From a virus (Duplodnaviria > Caudoviricetes), in the IMG/VR virus record IMGVR_UViG_3300038299_000353, positions 19,211 through 83,210 of that record: a stretch of DNA of 64,000 nucleotides. One strand, given 5' to 3'. Positions 38,415-47,681 of this stretch are shown here, piece after piece. Under the pieces are notes generated by a model that saw nothing but the letters and a program-made list of their open reading frames with translations, made no database searches and was not told the origin of the DNA. How positions within the stretch are numbered: the first letter of the stretch is position 1; the number at the start of each line of letters is the position of its first letter. Made by a program: the position numbers and the translations under genes.

Positions 38415-40333
38415 TATAGTTCTGGGTTGTTGTTTGAAAGGTAATTTAAGTGCTTTTGAGTTGATACTGTTGGCATGATGAATACGTCAGCTATATTCTT
38501 TTCGCTACCTGCTCCAATTACAAAAAGCTCTTGCTCTAATTGTGGATAAAATGGTATCATTTTATCTACAAAGTCGCAGCCAACAAACACTTCAAAGTAT
38601 TTTGGGTCAGTGCAAACAATAATGTTATGCTCTGGATATTGCTTTCTAACTCCCTCTAGAAGACTGAGAGAGATAATAGTATCGCCCAAGCTCTCCTTGA
38701 TTACGAACAACACGTTCTTTTTGCCATTTTTAGGCAAGAGATCTTCTATGTCGCGACCCTTGGAAGCTTCTTGTTTTTCAATATTTTGTTGAGAAATATT
38801 ACGAAATAGGGAAGCGATGCTACTATGGTCCTCTCCCTGCTCAATTCTTTGCATCCAGTGCCTCATTCCAGCCTCATCTGGATACTCTGCTCCAAGATAT
38901 CCCAAGTAGAGACTGCGTATGAAATCCTCTCCAGTTAAATTAAGATTCACTTCAAAGTTTGGATTTGACCCGTCTTCGTCATCAAAAGAAAAGTCAGTAT
39001 AATCTACTTCAGGCAAAGAGTCGAAGATTTCCATCCATTTGGCGGCAATAACTTTGCTATCATATCTTTCCTTAGCCCATTTGATGGATTTGACTTTTAT
39101 TTCATTCTTATCTTTTTCTGACATTGTTTCGATCTTTTTAATAAATTTAACAATGTCATTGATATTTGGCTCTGCTTTCACGAATCCAGTTTGACACTCT
39201 CCACTTTCAATATGTCTTATTTCGAAAACTGAATCACAGGCAGTATACTCTGACCCACAAGAATAAGAAACAGTAGCAAGCGGAAGCCCACACATCATAG
39301 ACTCTGCGTTACAAAATTCAAACCCACCACTAGTAAAAACTGAAATACACGCATCTGCGACTCCATAAATCTTACACATGTCCTCATCTGTGACTCCATT
39401 CCCAACAGAAGAAGAGTCTACACATTTCTTATTCCCGCAACATCCGCAGTCTTTCTGCTCTCCAACGTACCTACTAATTTTAAACTCCTTACATTTATTG
39501 CAAACATAAGTGGTTAGAATATCTTCTGGATCAATTTCCAGAGACTCGATGATACGAGTTAGCGGCCAGCCTTCTGTCCAGCTACAATGGAACAGTAGCT
39601 TAGATTTGCTTTTTGGGTTCTGCAACTTATGACTTTTAAAAGCCTTTAGGATAGAGTCGTACTTTTTTCTAAGTTGATTACGTCCAAGGTAAAAGAATAA
39701 AGTACAGTCTTTTTCGATCCCAAATTTCTTTCTTAACTCTGACTTTTGTAACTTAGAAATTGGCTTGTAGCACTCTCCATCTACAGCTCCATTAACAGTA
39801 CCTAGATTATATCTAGAGGAAAAATCCTCTTTATCAAAAACCTTTTTAATTTCTTTTTCACCAAAGCTTGCCCAAGAATAAAAGTTAGAGTTCTTTGCTT
39901 GCTGTATAGCTTCGGGCAAGATTGGAACTGAATCTATAGTAACGTGACTAATTAGATTAAGATGTTTTGCCCACTTAGTATCGCAAAACTTATCTGGGGG
40001 AAAAGCCCAAATATCATCAGAACACCATAAAATATCAGGCTTTTCATCCTTAACTATCTGCTCGACTCTATATCCTCCATATGTAGCCATGCGAGAAAGA
40101 TGTGGGTCAGACTGTATTTTTTGAATATCTGCTGGATTACTGGGAATAGAACCAAGAGTTTTCCAGGGATACTTATCTAAGTTATGATCATTCTCGCTAA
40201 CTCCAGAGCAGTAATGTACTATCTCGTACTTGTCTAAAGGATAAATCTCCTTTAGAATAGCTTTCAAGTTTCGAGATAAACCAGTTTTAATAAAAAGAGC
40301 GTTGGTGAGGAATATGATTTTCTTTTTCTTCAT
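38414..40333 (-). CDS. Multidomain GT4 glycosyltransferase with Zn ribbon, DUF4214-like helix and GT9 N-terminal domain
   Basis: LGRNQLRK, GGFEFCNAESMMCGLP (GT4); CNKC...CGCC; FIRSLYLGYLG...DEAGMRHW; KNVLFVIKESLGDTII...KQYP (GT9 N-half). ATG 40333 preferred. Confidence 0.82.
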   Translation of the reverse strand: MKKKKIIFLTNALFIKTGLSRNLKAILKEIYPLDKYEIVHYCSGVSENDHNLDKYPWKTLGSIPSNPADIQKIQSDPHLSRMATYGGYRVEQIVKDEKPDILWCSDDIWAFPPDKFCDTKWAKHLNLISHVTIDSVPILPEAIQQAKNSNFYSWASFGEKEIKKVFDKEDFSSRYNLGTVNGAVDGECYKPISKLQKSELRKKFGIEKDCTLFFYLGRNQLRKKYDSILKAFKSHKLQNPKSKSKLLFHCSWTEGWPLTRIIESLEIDPEDILTTYVCNKCKEFKISRYVGEQKDCGCCGNKKCVDSSSVGNGVTDEDMCKIYGVADACISVFTSGGFEFCNAESMMCGLPLATVSYSCGSEYTACDSVFEIRHIESGECQTGFVKAEPNINDIVKFIKKIETMSEKDKNEIKVKSIKWAKERYDSKVIAAKWMEIFDSLPEVDYTDFSFDDEDGSNPNFEVNLNLTGEDFIRSLYLGYLGAEYPDEAGMRHWMQRIEQGEDHSSIASLFRNISQQNIEKQEASKGRDIEDLLPKNGKKNVLFVIKESLGDTIISLSLLEGVRKQYPEHNIIVCTDPKYFEVFVGCDFVDKMIPFYPQLEQELFVIGAGSEKNIADVFIMPTVSTQKHLNYLSNNNPEL

Positions 40334-40339
40334 TTTCAA

Positions 40340-40367
40340 ATTATAGATTTAAACTTTAATTTAACAA
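40340..40367 (-). promoter_or_regulatory. Sigma70-like promoter TTGTTA-N16-TATAAT
   Basis: Consensus -10 ends 6 nt before ATG 40333; lies just after a terminator. Confidence 0.6.
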
Positions 40368-40368
40368 T

Positions 40369-40399
40369 AAAAAAGCCAGCCATCTTTCGATAGCTGGCT
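40369..40399 (-). terminator. Terminator after ssb-like gene
   Basis: Minus strand AGCCAGCTATC-GAAA-GATGGCTGGCT-TTTTT. Confidence 0.85.
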
Positions 40400-40428
40400 A
40401 GTTTTTATATTAACCCACCTTGACCTTA

Positions 40429-41073
40429 TTAAAACGGCAGATCGTCGTCGGAACTAAGCGGATCGCTTGATTCAGCGAATTGATCTGGAGCTTCCTTCTC
40501 TTCCTCTTGAAAAGCTGGTTTGCTATTCCCTTCGAACTGCTCAAAGAATGAAGAGGCTACGTCCCATAGGAAAGTCTCTGGTTCGGACCAATCCCACTCT
40601 TCCTTGCCACGAACAACCTTTTTGTTCGGAGCGGGAAGGCCATTTGGATTATCTTTCGTATATGCAAACTTCACAAAACCTCCATTTTGTTTGATTAGCA
40701 TTACAGGACTCTTATCTTGCTTATCTGGAAAGCATACTAATTCTATTTCCTGAGAGACTTCAATATTTGGAATTCGTTTTACGAAAGCATCTCGGAGTTT
40801 GGAATTCCAAGGAAGCTTGACGATATACGATTCTTTCCCATCTTCAAGATTAATAGAGATTTGATCACCATAGTCTCCGCTTTCGACAGAACCTCCAGAG
40901 ATCTTACCAGTAACGCTACCGTACTGAAGCTCATATACATCAGAGCCTTCGTTAGGTCCATTTTTAAGGGTGCGAGATACTGCTCCTTCTGTGCCTTCTG
41001 GGACACGTTGTGAAATCTTCCCACCGACTACTGTCAAGTAGGTAGATGATTTAGTTTGTTTGTTTAGTGCCAT
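40429..41073 (-). CDS. Single-stranded DNA-binding protein (putative)
   Basis: Beta-rich body and acidic tail ending DDDLPF; own promoter and terminator. Confidence 0.7.
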   Translation of the reverse strand: MALNKQTKSSTYLTVVGGKISQRVPEGTEGAVSRTLKNGPNEGSDVYELQYGSVTGKISGGSVESGDYGDQISINLEDGKESYIVKLPWNSKLRDAFVKRIPNIEVSQEIELVCFPDKQDKSPVMLIKQNGGFVKFAYTKDNPNGLPAPNKKVVRGKEEWDWSEPETFLWDVASSFFEQFEGNSKPAFQEEEKEAPDQFAESSDPLSSDDDLPF

Positions 41074-41134
41074 AATTTTGTATTATTTTTTTGTATTATT
41101 ATTTGTTATTTATTGTTTGTTGTTTAGATGCCCT

Positions 41135-41162
41135 ATGTTAGGACAAAGTTATATAATGTCAA
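41135..41162 (-). promoter_or_regulatory. Sigma70-like promoter TTGACA-N16-TAACAT
   Basis: Upstream of the ssb-like gene. Confidence 0.6.
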
Positions 41163-41563
41163 GTATTTTTTTGTCTTATATTTGTGCTAGAAAATCCTGG
41201 AATTCGTTTTATGATTCTTACTTCTCCTCCCCAGTATTTACACTCTTTGTGACCAACTACTTTTTCTAGCGGATAGTCATCGCCAACAAATATTATTTTG
41301 GGTTTAATTTTATTAATCAGGTCTATGGGGCTGTCTTCTATGAACGAATGAATTTCATTTACTCCAAAATTTCTAATCTTCTTTTTTCTTTCATCAATGC
41401 AAGAGAGCAAAAGTCTTTTGTTTTTTATAATATATCTATCTGAGTTAAGAGCAACATGGAGAATATCGCATTGCTCCATAGCTGTCTTTAAAATATATTG
41501 ATGACCTTCATGGAATCCATCAAAGCATCCAGCTATAAAACCTGCGATGGGGTTATGAGTCAT
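41159..41563 (-). CDS. HldE/RfaE domain II-like nucleotidyltransferase (heptose-1-P adenylyltransferase-like)
   Basis: GCFDGFHEGH (HxGH), VALNSD, LINKIKP...GDDY, GFSST; adjacent to the domain I gene. Start revised to 41563. Confidence 0.82.
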   Translation of the reverse strand: MTHNPIAGFIAGCFDGFHEGHQYILKTAMEQCDILHVALNSDRYIIKNKRLLLSCIDERKKKIRNFGVNEIHSFIEDSPIDLINKIKPKIIFVGDDYPLEKVVGHKECKYWGGEVRIIKRIPGFSSTNIRQKNT

Positions 41564-42353
41564 TAAGCTCTGTTTCTGAAACAGAAACAACTCCTCTCTT
41601 TGATACAGCTATTGATGCGACTTGATTTGCGAATGAAAGGCTTTTATTAATATTGGCACAGCGCAAGTATTCTGCTACAAAGCCAGCTAAATAGCTGTCA
41701 CCAGCTCCAGACACGCAGTTAGCTTCGACTTCTTTTGTTTTAATGGTAGAGTCAGTATTGAAGTGATAAACCCCCTTCTCGCCCAACGTGACGAATAAGT
41801 TAGTTTTCTTGAGCAGGGTACTAACTTGTTTCCCAAGGTCATAAGGAAGAAAATTTTCATCAAATTCTTTTTTATTAATTTTTATAAAATCTACATACTT
41901 GATCCAGTTTCCAGCTTTCTTTTTTGTATCTATAATAATTTTGCATGAGAATTTTTTACGAATATCATGTATAAGGCTTTCAGTAATAAATCCCTTGCAG
42001 TAGTCTGAAATTACAACCATATCTATAGGTTCACTGCATTTGCTCGAAGATATTGATTGAATCAAGCTCTCAAGACTAAGGGGCTTGCAGGGGCTTTCTT
42101 TGTCTAATCTTGCAATATGTTGCCCAGAACTTTTATGCACGTATCTGGTTTTAATGATTTCGTTGTCTTGATGGACGAATAAAATTTTATCACACCCCAA
42201 TGACTTTAAGTTGCTTACTACGTTAGCTGCTCCTCCATCATTCTTTTCTCTGAAAATTTCTTTTATTACTGGGCAGCAAGCTTCTGGAGAAAGCCTGTCG
42301 GAAGAACAGTAAATAAATTCGTCCTTTATAAATTCTCCAATAACTAAAATCAT
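41553..42353 (-). CDS. HldE/RfaE domain I-like PfkB kinase (heptose-7-P kinase-like)
   Basis: ILVIGE...DRLSPEA, GGAANV, KTRY, ISDYCKG, SGAGDSY. Confidence 0.85.
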   Translation of the reverse strand: MILVIGEFIKDEFIYCSSDRLSPEACCPVIKEIFREKNDGGAANVVSNLKSLGCDKILFVHQDNEIIKTRYVHKSSGQHIARLDKESPCKPLSLESLIQSISSSKCSEPIDMVVISDYCKGFITESLIHDIRKKFSCKIIIDTKKKAGNWIKYVDFIKINKKEFDENFLPYDLGKQVSTLLKKTNLFVTLGEKGVYHFNTDSTIKTKEVEANCVSGAGDSYLAGFVAEYLRCANINKSLSFANQVASIAVSKRGVVSVSETELNDS

Positions 42354-43405
42354 TTAGAGCCTTTCCATTCCAAGAATTCAACAGAGTTTGTGAATTTTGG
42401 ACATCCTTGCCATGACTTCTTTTCTACAAGGCTTTGATCCTTATCTTTAAAATCTTCCTCGTCCCTTGTACTTTTTATAATATTGCCATCTTCATCTTTA
42501 AGAGTCCAGTAATCGTATGGCCATTTTTCAGAACATACGTAATATGGCTTGCCTCTCTTTTCTACATTCTTATGAGTGTCTGAATAGGAGTGTCCAGGAT
42601 ATTTTCCATAACCGCATACGATAGAACCAGAGAATGTACCATCCTTTGGATAGCCTTTGTCTGCTGCCATATTGTCATACATGTTTAGCTCGTCAAAGTT
42701 TCTTAGGTATACGTAAAGATCAGAGAGCCAAGATTCAAACCCCTCTAAAACTTCATCGGTGACTTCTACTCTTTGGTCTGGCTTATCTGGAAATCTAAGA
42801 AAAACAAACTCAACAAAGGCAGTCATATCTTTAGCTTTCTTAGCCCAGAGAATATAGGACAGAGCCTGAACACTGAACTCCAACTCTACATCTTGTTTTT
42901 TCTGAGCAGAAGATTTATAATCAACAATTCTATATTTTTTGCCACGGCTAGAAGGCTTATCAATCTTGCCTCTCAACTCATAAGGCTGATCTTCAGTACC
43001 CTTTAAGTAAAACATGGTTTCTAGATTTTCATAGTCAACCTTATAGCCTTTGCAGTAAAAGTCATAATTCAAACCTACGAAAATCATTTCGCAAATCATC
43101 TCAAAATTATTCTGACCCTTATCATCTAGCTCCTCCATGTTGAAGCCAGACATCATAGAATTGATTAAATCAATAAGCTTCTTATCTTTTAGGATAGACC
43201 CTTCTTCTAGAATTTGGTCAACTCTGTCCTTATGCTTTTCTTCGATAAGCATTTCGAAAATGTCATGACATATCGTGCCTCTTAAAGCTCCATAATTTTC
43301 TTTATCTGGAGTCTTGTTCAAATACTTTGCATAATAAACTAAACTGCACTTCTGATATGTTTCAATCTTGGAGGCGCTTAATACATGTTTTGTTGGCTTA
43401 TCCAT
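42350..43405 (-). CDS. PD-(D/E)XK exonuclease (RecB/Cas4-like)
   Basis: LSASKIETYQKC, RGTICH, GKID, IVDYKS, QALSY, and C-terminal cysteines. Confidence 0.85.
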   Translation of the reverse strand: MDKPTKHVLSASKIETYQKCSLVYYAKYLNKTPDKENYGALRGTICHDIFEMLIEEKHKDRVDQILEEGSILKDKKLIDLINSMMSGFNMEELDDKGQNNFEMICEMIFVGLNYDFYCKGYKVDYENLETMFYLKGTEDQPYELRGKIDKPSSRGKKYRIVDYKSSAQKKQDVELEFSVQALSYILWAKKAKDMTAFVEFVFLRFPDKPDQRVEVTDEVLEGFESWLSDLYVYLRNFDELNMYDNMAADKGYPKDGTFSGSIVCGYGKYPGHSYSDTHKNVEKRGKPYYVCSEKWPYDYWTLKDEDGNIIKSTRDEEDFKDKDQSLVEKKSWQGCPKFTNSVEFLEWKGSK

Positions 43406-44405
43406 TAGATAAAACCCTTCCTACGTTTATCTCTTTTTGACTCATCCTTTGTTTAGTATCTGATTTTGCTCTAATATATTTTTCTCTGAATAAAGTTATT
43501 ATATCATCTGGATCTGATTTGAAAAAGTTTTTTATATTACTTTTATCATCTGAAAGATCATTGCATGAAGGAGTTTTTATCTCTAAGTTGTGAGGTTCGA
43601 AATACTCAAACAGTTTTGTATAATTTTTTACTGCTGCATTTTGACCATTAAACTTACTATCCTTATTATAGCAGATAGTTATTAGGCTAGGATTGACTCC
43701 CAATATAAAAGACATCATAGGCTTGCTAATATTTAGACCCATAGTTGGAAGTACGTTAGTGATGCCCTCGTCATAGCAAGCAACACTATCGCTTGGTCCT
43801 TCTACAAGAATCAAATGAGAGTTCTTTAAAATAGATTTTAAAATGGGAAACTCATCATTCTTTTTATTGTAAAGTCCAAATAAGAAATTTGTAGACTTCC
43901 CTTCGTGCTTATACTTTACACCGTGCTTTTCAGTAAGATCTCTTCCTGTAAAACCTACAATTCTTTGATGCCTGTCGAAGACTGGCCATACGTATCTCTG
44001 GTAAAGCTTTCCGCTATGAGAAGCACCGCCTTGAAAGAAGTCTAGCGTTTCTTTAGACACTCCCCTATTCATCCAGTAAGAGTGTTCTGGCAAGAGATGT
44101 AGTAAGGAGTCTTTTGACCAAAACTTTACTTCATTCTCGTCATTGATGATATCCAGATCTAAAGAAGCGATTTTATTTATAACCGCCTTGTCTGGCTTTT
44201 TGCCAGTCATCTTTTCAATCAAAATCTCAATAGGAAAATTCTCGTTTATTGACCAATCTGTAGTCCAGCCATTCTTCAGATTTATAGAGGCTCCAGAAGG
44301 GTTGTCGCTATTTCTATAAGTTGGGCAGAATTGAGCAAAGCCAGAGTCATTAACGCTGATGACTTTTACCCCTATTTCGTCTAAAATGTCTTTTACTGAG
44401 TTCAA
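43398..44405 (-). CDS. DNA primase (DnaG-like, TOPRIM)
   Basis: RYVWPV...IVGFTGR, KYKH, LVEGPSD; adjacent to the helicase. Confidence 0.85.
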   Translation of the reverse strand: MNSVKDILDEIGVKVISVNDSGFAQFCPTYRNSDNPSGASINLKNGWTTDWSINENFPIEILIEKMTGKKPDKAVINKIASLDLDIINDENEVKFWSKDSLLHLLPEHSYWMNRGVSKETLDFFQGGASHSGKLYQRYVWPVFDRHQRIVGFTGRDLTEKHGVKYKHEGKSTNFLFGLYNKKNDEFPILKSILKNSHLILVEGPSDSVACYDEGITNVLPTMGLNISKPMMSFILGVNPSLITICYNKDSKFNGQNAAVKNYTKLFEYFEPHNLEIKTPSCNDLSDDKSNIKNFFKSDPDDIITLFREKYIRAKSDTKQRMSQKEINVGRVLSNG

Positions 44406-45889
44406 AGTATTGCCTCTCTAGTTGAATTGTTGTTTCCTGAATTGCCATTAGCAAGCAGTTCGAGATACTCTTGAACAGCTCTGCCATCTCCTCCATCTTC
44501 GAATCTAAAGTTGTGGAAATTTAGATTTATCCAATTGGAGCAATATTTATTATTGATCTTAACTGGATTCTCGAACTTCCATCCATCTTTACCTAGCTTT
44601 CTGAATTTAACTGGTATTAAAGCATGAGTTCCAAATCGATCTACTGGTTGCTCAGCTTTTTCATCCATAGTCTTTTTCTTGATTAGACCGACGAAGGTTG
44701 ATAGTTGTTGAATGTAGTCACTTTCTGCTAAAGATGAGTCGTCATCTTCTCCATGTCGGTTTCGTTGAGCGCCGAAAAGAAATGTTGCATTGGAGTTTTG
44801 CTTGATCTCATCTTTTAAAATATCTAGAGTTCTAGCTATATCAAATCGAGCATGCTTAGGGTTAGCTAAGCCATCTCCAGTAATCTTAAGATAATCAAAG
44901 ACAACGATGGCTGGATTCTCTTTGCCAACATGCTTACGTATCCATCTTCGAAAGATAGATCGAATTTCAATCGCATTCATTCCTGGAATATAAACGTGGT
45001 GGAAGTTATCAGTAGAGGAGCTACTTTTAAGAACCGTTCTAATTTTATTAACGGCATCTTTATTCTTAGCCCATTCACCACTTTCAATGAGATAAGGGTC
45101 TACATCTGCAACCAAAGCGGCCCACCGCAATGCTTGCTCTTTATGCTCCATTTCTGTATCAAGATATAAAACTGGAAGCTTTTTACCGTCAATAAAATTC
45201 TCTTTAATTTGATTTGCACATTGTTGCGCTAAACTAAGTAAAGCGCCAGATTTGCCATGAGAAGGCCTACCAGCAAAGCAATAGCTGTCCTTTGGGCGAA
45301 ACCCACTAAAAGCCTCATTGAAGGTTGGCCAAGGAGTTTTAATTATATAGTTAGCCTTATCGTCATGAAGTGTTGCCTCAACAAGGTCGTATGCAACTGA
45401 AGCAATATTTATTGGTTCATTCCTACTTATGATATTTTCGCCATTTTCAGAGAACTTGCTCTCAATGGATGCCATGAAGTCAGATAGATTGCTGCCACTA
45501 TATTGAGAAGCAATCTCTGCAATCTCATTAGAGTTTACAATTACATTTCTCTTTATCCGTAAAATTACTAGCTCTTTTGCAGCATCCACAGTCGCCTTTT
45601 CAGACAGGGGAGTTAGCAACATATTGTCGATAAAGTCCTCTACGTTACCCGACATTAAACTTATGCCACTACTTTTGCATCTAGCAGAAATTATGGCTGC
45701 ATCAAGAGAGAGACCTTCTTCTAATAGACTTTTGCAAATACGGAATAGCGACCTTGAGTCAGTGTCTTTAAAGTCTTCCTCACTAATAAATTCAGAAAAC
45801 TCATCCCATACTTTATCTGAGTTATATATCAATCCAGATATAAACTTGCGTTCTAGTGCTTTGTTCTTGGGAAGTTCTACGTTTGTCAT
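44402..45889 (-). CDS. dnaB: Replicative DnaB-like helicase
   Basis: N-terminal DnaB domain, Walker A GRPSHGKS, LDTEM, VFDYLK, AQRNR. Confidence 0.88.
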   Translation of the reverse strand: MTNVELPKNKALERKFISGLIYNSDKVWDEFSEFISEEDFKDTDSRSLFRICKSLLEEGLSLDAAIISARCKSSGISLMSGNVEDFIDNMLLTPLSEKATVDAAKELVILRIKRNVIVNSNEIAEIASQYSGSNLSDFMASIESKFSENGENIISRNEPINIASVAYDLVEATLHDDKANYIIKTPWPTFNEAFSGFRPKDSYCFAGRPSHGKSGALLSLAQQCANQIKENFIDGKKLPVLYLDTEMEHKEQALRWAALVADVDPYLIESGEWAKNKDAVNKIRTVLKSSSSTDNFHHVYIPGMNAIEIRSIFRRWIRKHVGKENPAIVVFDYLKITGDGLANPKHARFDIARTLDILKDEIKQNSNATFLFGAQRNRHGEDDDSSLAESDYIQQLSTFVGLIKKKTMDEKAEQPVDRFGTHALIPVKFRKLGKDGWKFENPVKINNKYCSNWINLNFHNFRFEDGGDGRAVQEYLELLANGNSGNNNSTREAIL

Positions 45890-45897
45890 TGGAGTTG

Positions 45898-45925
45898 AAT
45901 ATGGGCAATTTCTTTAGCATGTCAA
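45898..45925 (-). promoter_or_regulatory. Sigma70-like promoter TTGACA-N16-CATATT (helicase operon)
   Basis: -10 ends 8 nt before ATG 45889; -35 overlaps the terminator T tract. Confidence 0.6.
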
Positions 45926-45963
45926 ACAAAAACTCCCGAAAACTGAAAGTCAGTAATCGGGAG
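45923..45963 (-). terminator. Terminator after the phosphoesterase gene
   Basis: CTCCCGA-TT-ACTGA-CTT-TCAGT-TT-TCGGGAG followed by TTTTTGTTT. Confidence 0.7.
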
Positions 45964-45982
45964 CAAAGTTGATCAATATGTT

Positions 45983-47272
45983 CTAGACGTTATAGTAAAA
46001 GTTAGCTACTTCTCCAAGCGACTCTTCATAGAGAAAAGCTGTAGCTGAGCGAACATTCCCCACATACCCTTTATTGGAGTGCCAAGCATCTGGGGCGCAT
46101 AGAGATGGAAGTATCCTGACTTTAACTCCATTATATTCTTTCATTTCTGTGCCATGAAAGTGACCAAGGTGAGCAGTTCTAAACTTACACTTAGAGAAGT
46201 TTGCGTTCTCTGTAGCCATGAGAAGAGGTAGGTTAGCTGCCTTTTCTTCGTTGCCATGAGTAAATAGAATTAGATTTTTTCCAAAGGTAACATACTTTCT
46301 AGAAGTAGGCGAGTTGTCAATTTTGACAGCATCATTGTTTCGATACCAAGCGCTTAAGAATTCTCCAAGATAAAAACATCTCTCGAAATCATGATTTCCT
46401 GGAACAATAATTATATCTACATTTACCTTTTTCGATAGCTCATCAACCACTTCTGCAATCAAATTGCAACCAACTTGAAAAGACTTCGGCCATCTTGAGT
46501 CATCATCCTGCCTAGTACCCTTTGTAGTCATCCCAGATAGACCCTCTGAATTAAAGAAGTCATTTCCAACGGGAAGCACGATTCTATCAACAGATTTTAA
46601 ATCGACCTTAGAAACCAGATAATGCATGGCTTCTTTGAAGAGGTTGCTGGCAATCTTAATATCATAATCTTCATAGCCAGTTTCTTTGCCCCAACACAAT
46701 TTGCTTAAATGCAGATCTGGAATAGATATTTCATAGATGTGTTGACCAGCAGAATTTCTTTTTTGTACTGGTCTAGAGATGTTATTAAGCTCCTCCTTGA
46801 AGAGTTTGATTACTTCTTTGGCATTTACTGTTTCCTTCTTCTTTAGCCATGCCTTTACTTGATAGAGCGGAGAGTGTCTCATCTCTCCGTCATTGCCTTT
46901 AGCTGCGACCTCCCATTTATTTACTACATATCTCTCAATCTCCCAAATATCTAGGTCAATCTTGCATACTTCGATAAGATCCTCAAGAGTTCTAATGTTA
47001 GAAGATTTAGACTCTGCCGTGGCCGAATCTTTCTTTTCGTCAAAAGTAGCCTTTTCAGGATTAATAGGCTCTTCGCTTTTACTTTGTTGCGGAGAGTAAT
47101 CCGCGTCAAAATTTTCATCCCATATATTTTTAGCTCTAACCTTTGAAGCAGTTTCTTTTAATCCTGTTTCAGACATGATATGTCTAGCCACTTCCATTCT
47201 ACTGCAACCATCCTTGTAAAGATCGATACAATCCTTTGTCAACTTTTTGTCTTCCATACTCATATTATACAC
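45983..47272 (-). CDS. Calcineurin-like metallophosphoesterase with N-terminal HTH-like region
   Basis: PDLH, GND, GNHD, THG and GHFH motifs; true start may be 47263 or 47257. Confidence 0.85.
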   Translation of the reverse strand: MYNMSMEDKKLTKDCIDLYKDGCSRMEVARHIMSETGLKETASKVRAKNIWDENFDADYSPQQSKSEEPINPEKATFDEKKDSATAESKSSNIRTLEDLIEVCKIDLDIWEIERYVVNKWEVAAKGNDGEMRHSPLYQVKAWLKKKETVNAKEVIKLFKEELNNISRPVQKRNSAGQHIYEISIPDLHLSKLCWGKETGYEDYDIKIASNLFKEAMHYLVSKVDLKSVDRIVLPVGNDFFNSEGLSGMTTKGTRQDDDSRWPKSFQVGCNLIAEVVDELSKKVNVDIIIVPGNHDFERCFYLGEFLSAWYRNNDAVKIDNSPTSRKYVTFGKNLILFTHGNEEKAANLPLLMATENANFSKCKFRTAHLGHFHGTEMKEYNGVKVRILPSLCAPDAWHSNKGYVGNVRSATAFLYEESLGEVANFYYNV

Positions 47273-47681
47273 TTTCTATTGAATCCTTAATAAAATTAAA
47301 GATCTGTTCATTTGTTAGTTTTAGTGTTTTCTCATCGATTTCGATATATTGAAAACCATTCATTTCGCACCATTCAATCTTTTTAAAGTCCCTTTCTAGG
47401 GATCGTAAAAATTTTTGCCTATCCTTGTGGAAAAACTCATTGTATGTATCATGCTGTTTTGGGGAAACTTCAATTACTGTTGAAGTTGTAAAGTTAATTA
47501 GATCGACCCTAAGCTTACTACTTGGTATATAAAGTTCTTCGTGAACATCTTGGAAGCACCAAAGAGGTTTAACGATGTCCTTTATTCGTTTTTGAGGTTT
47601 TGATACGGACCTATCCCAATCAATTTTACTCTTTGCAAAAGACTTGTTTACATCTTTGCCGAATATATCCTTTATCTTCAA
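47265..47681 (-). CDS. Vsr/DUF559-like PD-(D/E)XK endonuclease
   Basis: EE...LRVD...IEVSPKQH...FFH...RDFKK..WCEMNG. Confidence 0.7.
   Translation of the reverse strand: MKIKDIFGKDVNKSFAKSKIDWDRSVSKPQKRIKDIVKPLWCFQDVHEELYIPSSKLRVDLINFTTSTVIEVSPKQHDTYNEFFHKDRQKFLRSLERDFKKIEWCEMNGFQYIEIDEKTLKLTNEQIFNFIKDSIESV

Noticed and set aside
42350-43405. Cas4 as evidence of a CRISPR system
   Set aside because: It is a stand-alone PD-(D/E)XK exonuclease in a replication operon, which is common in phages.
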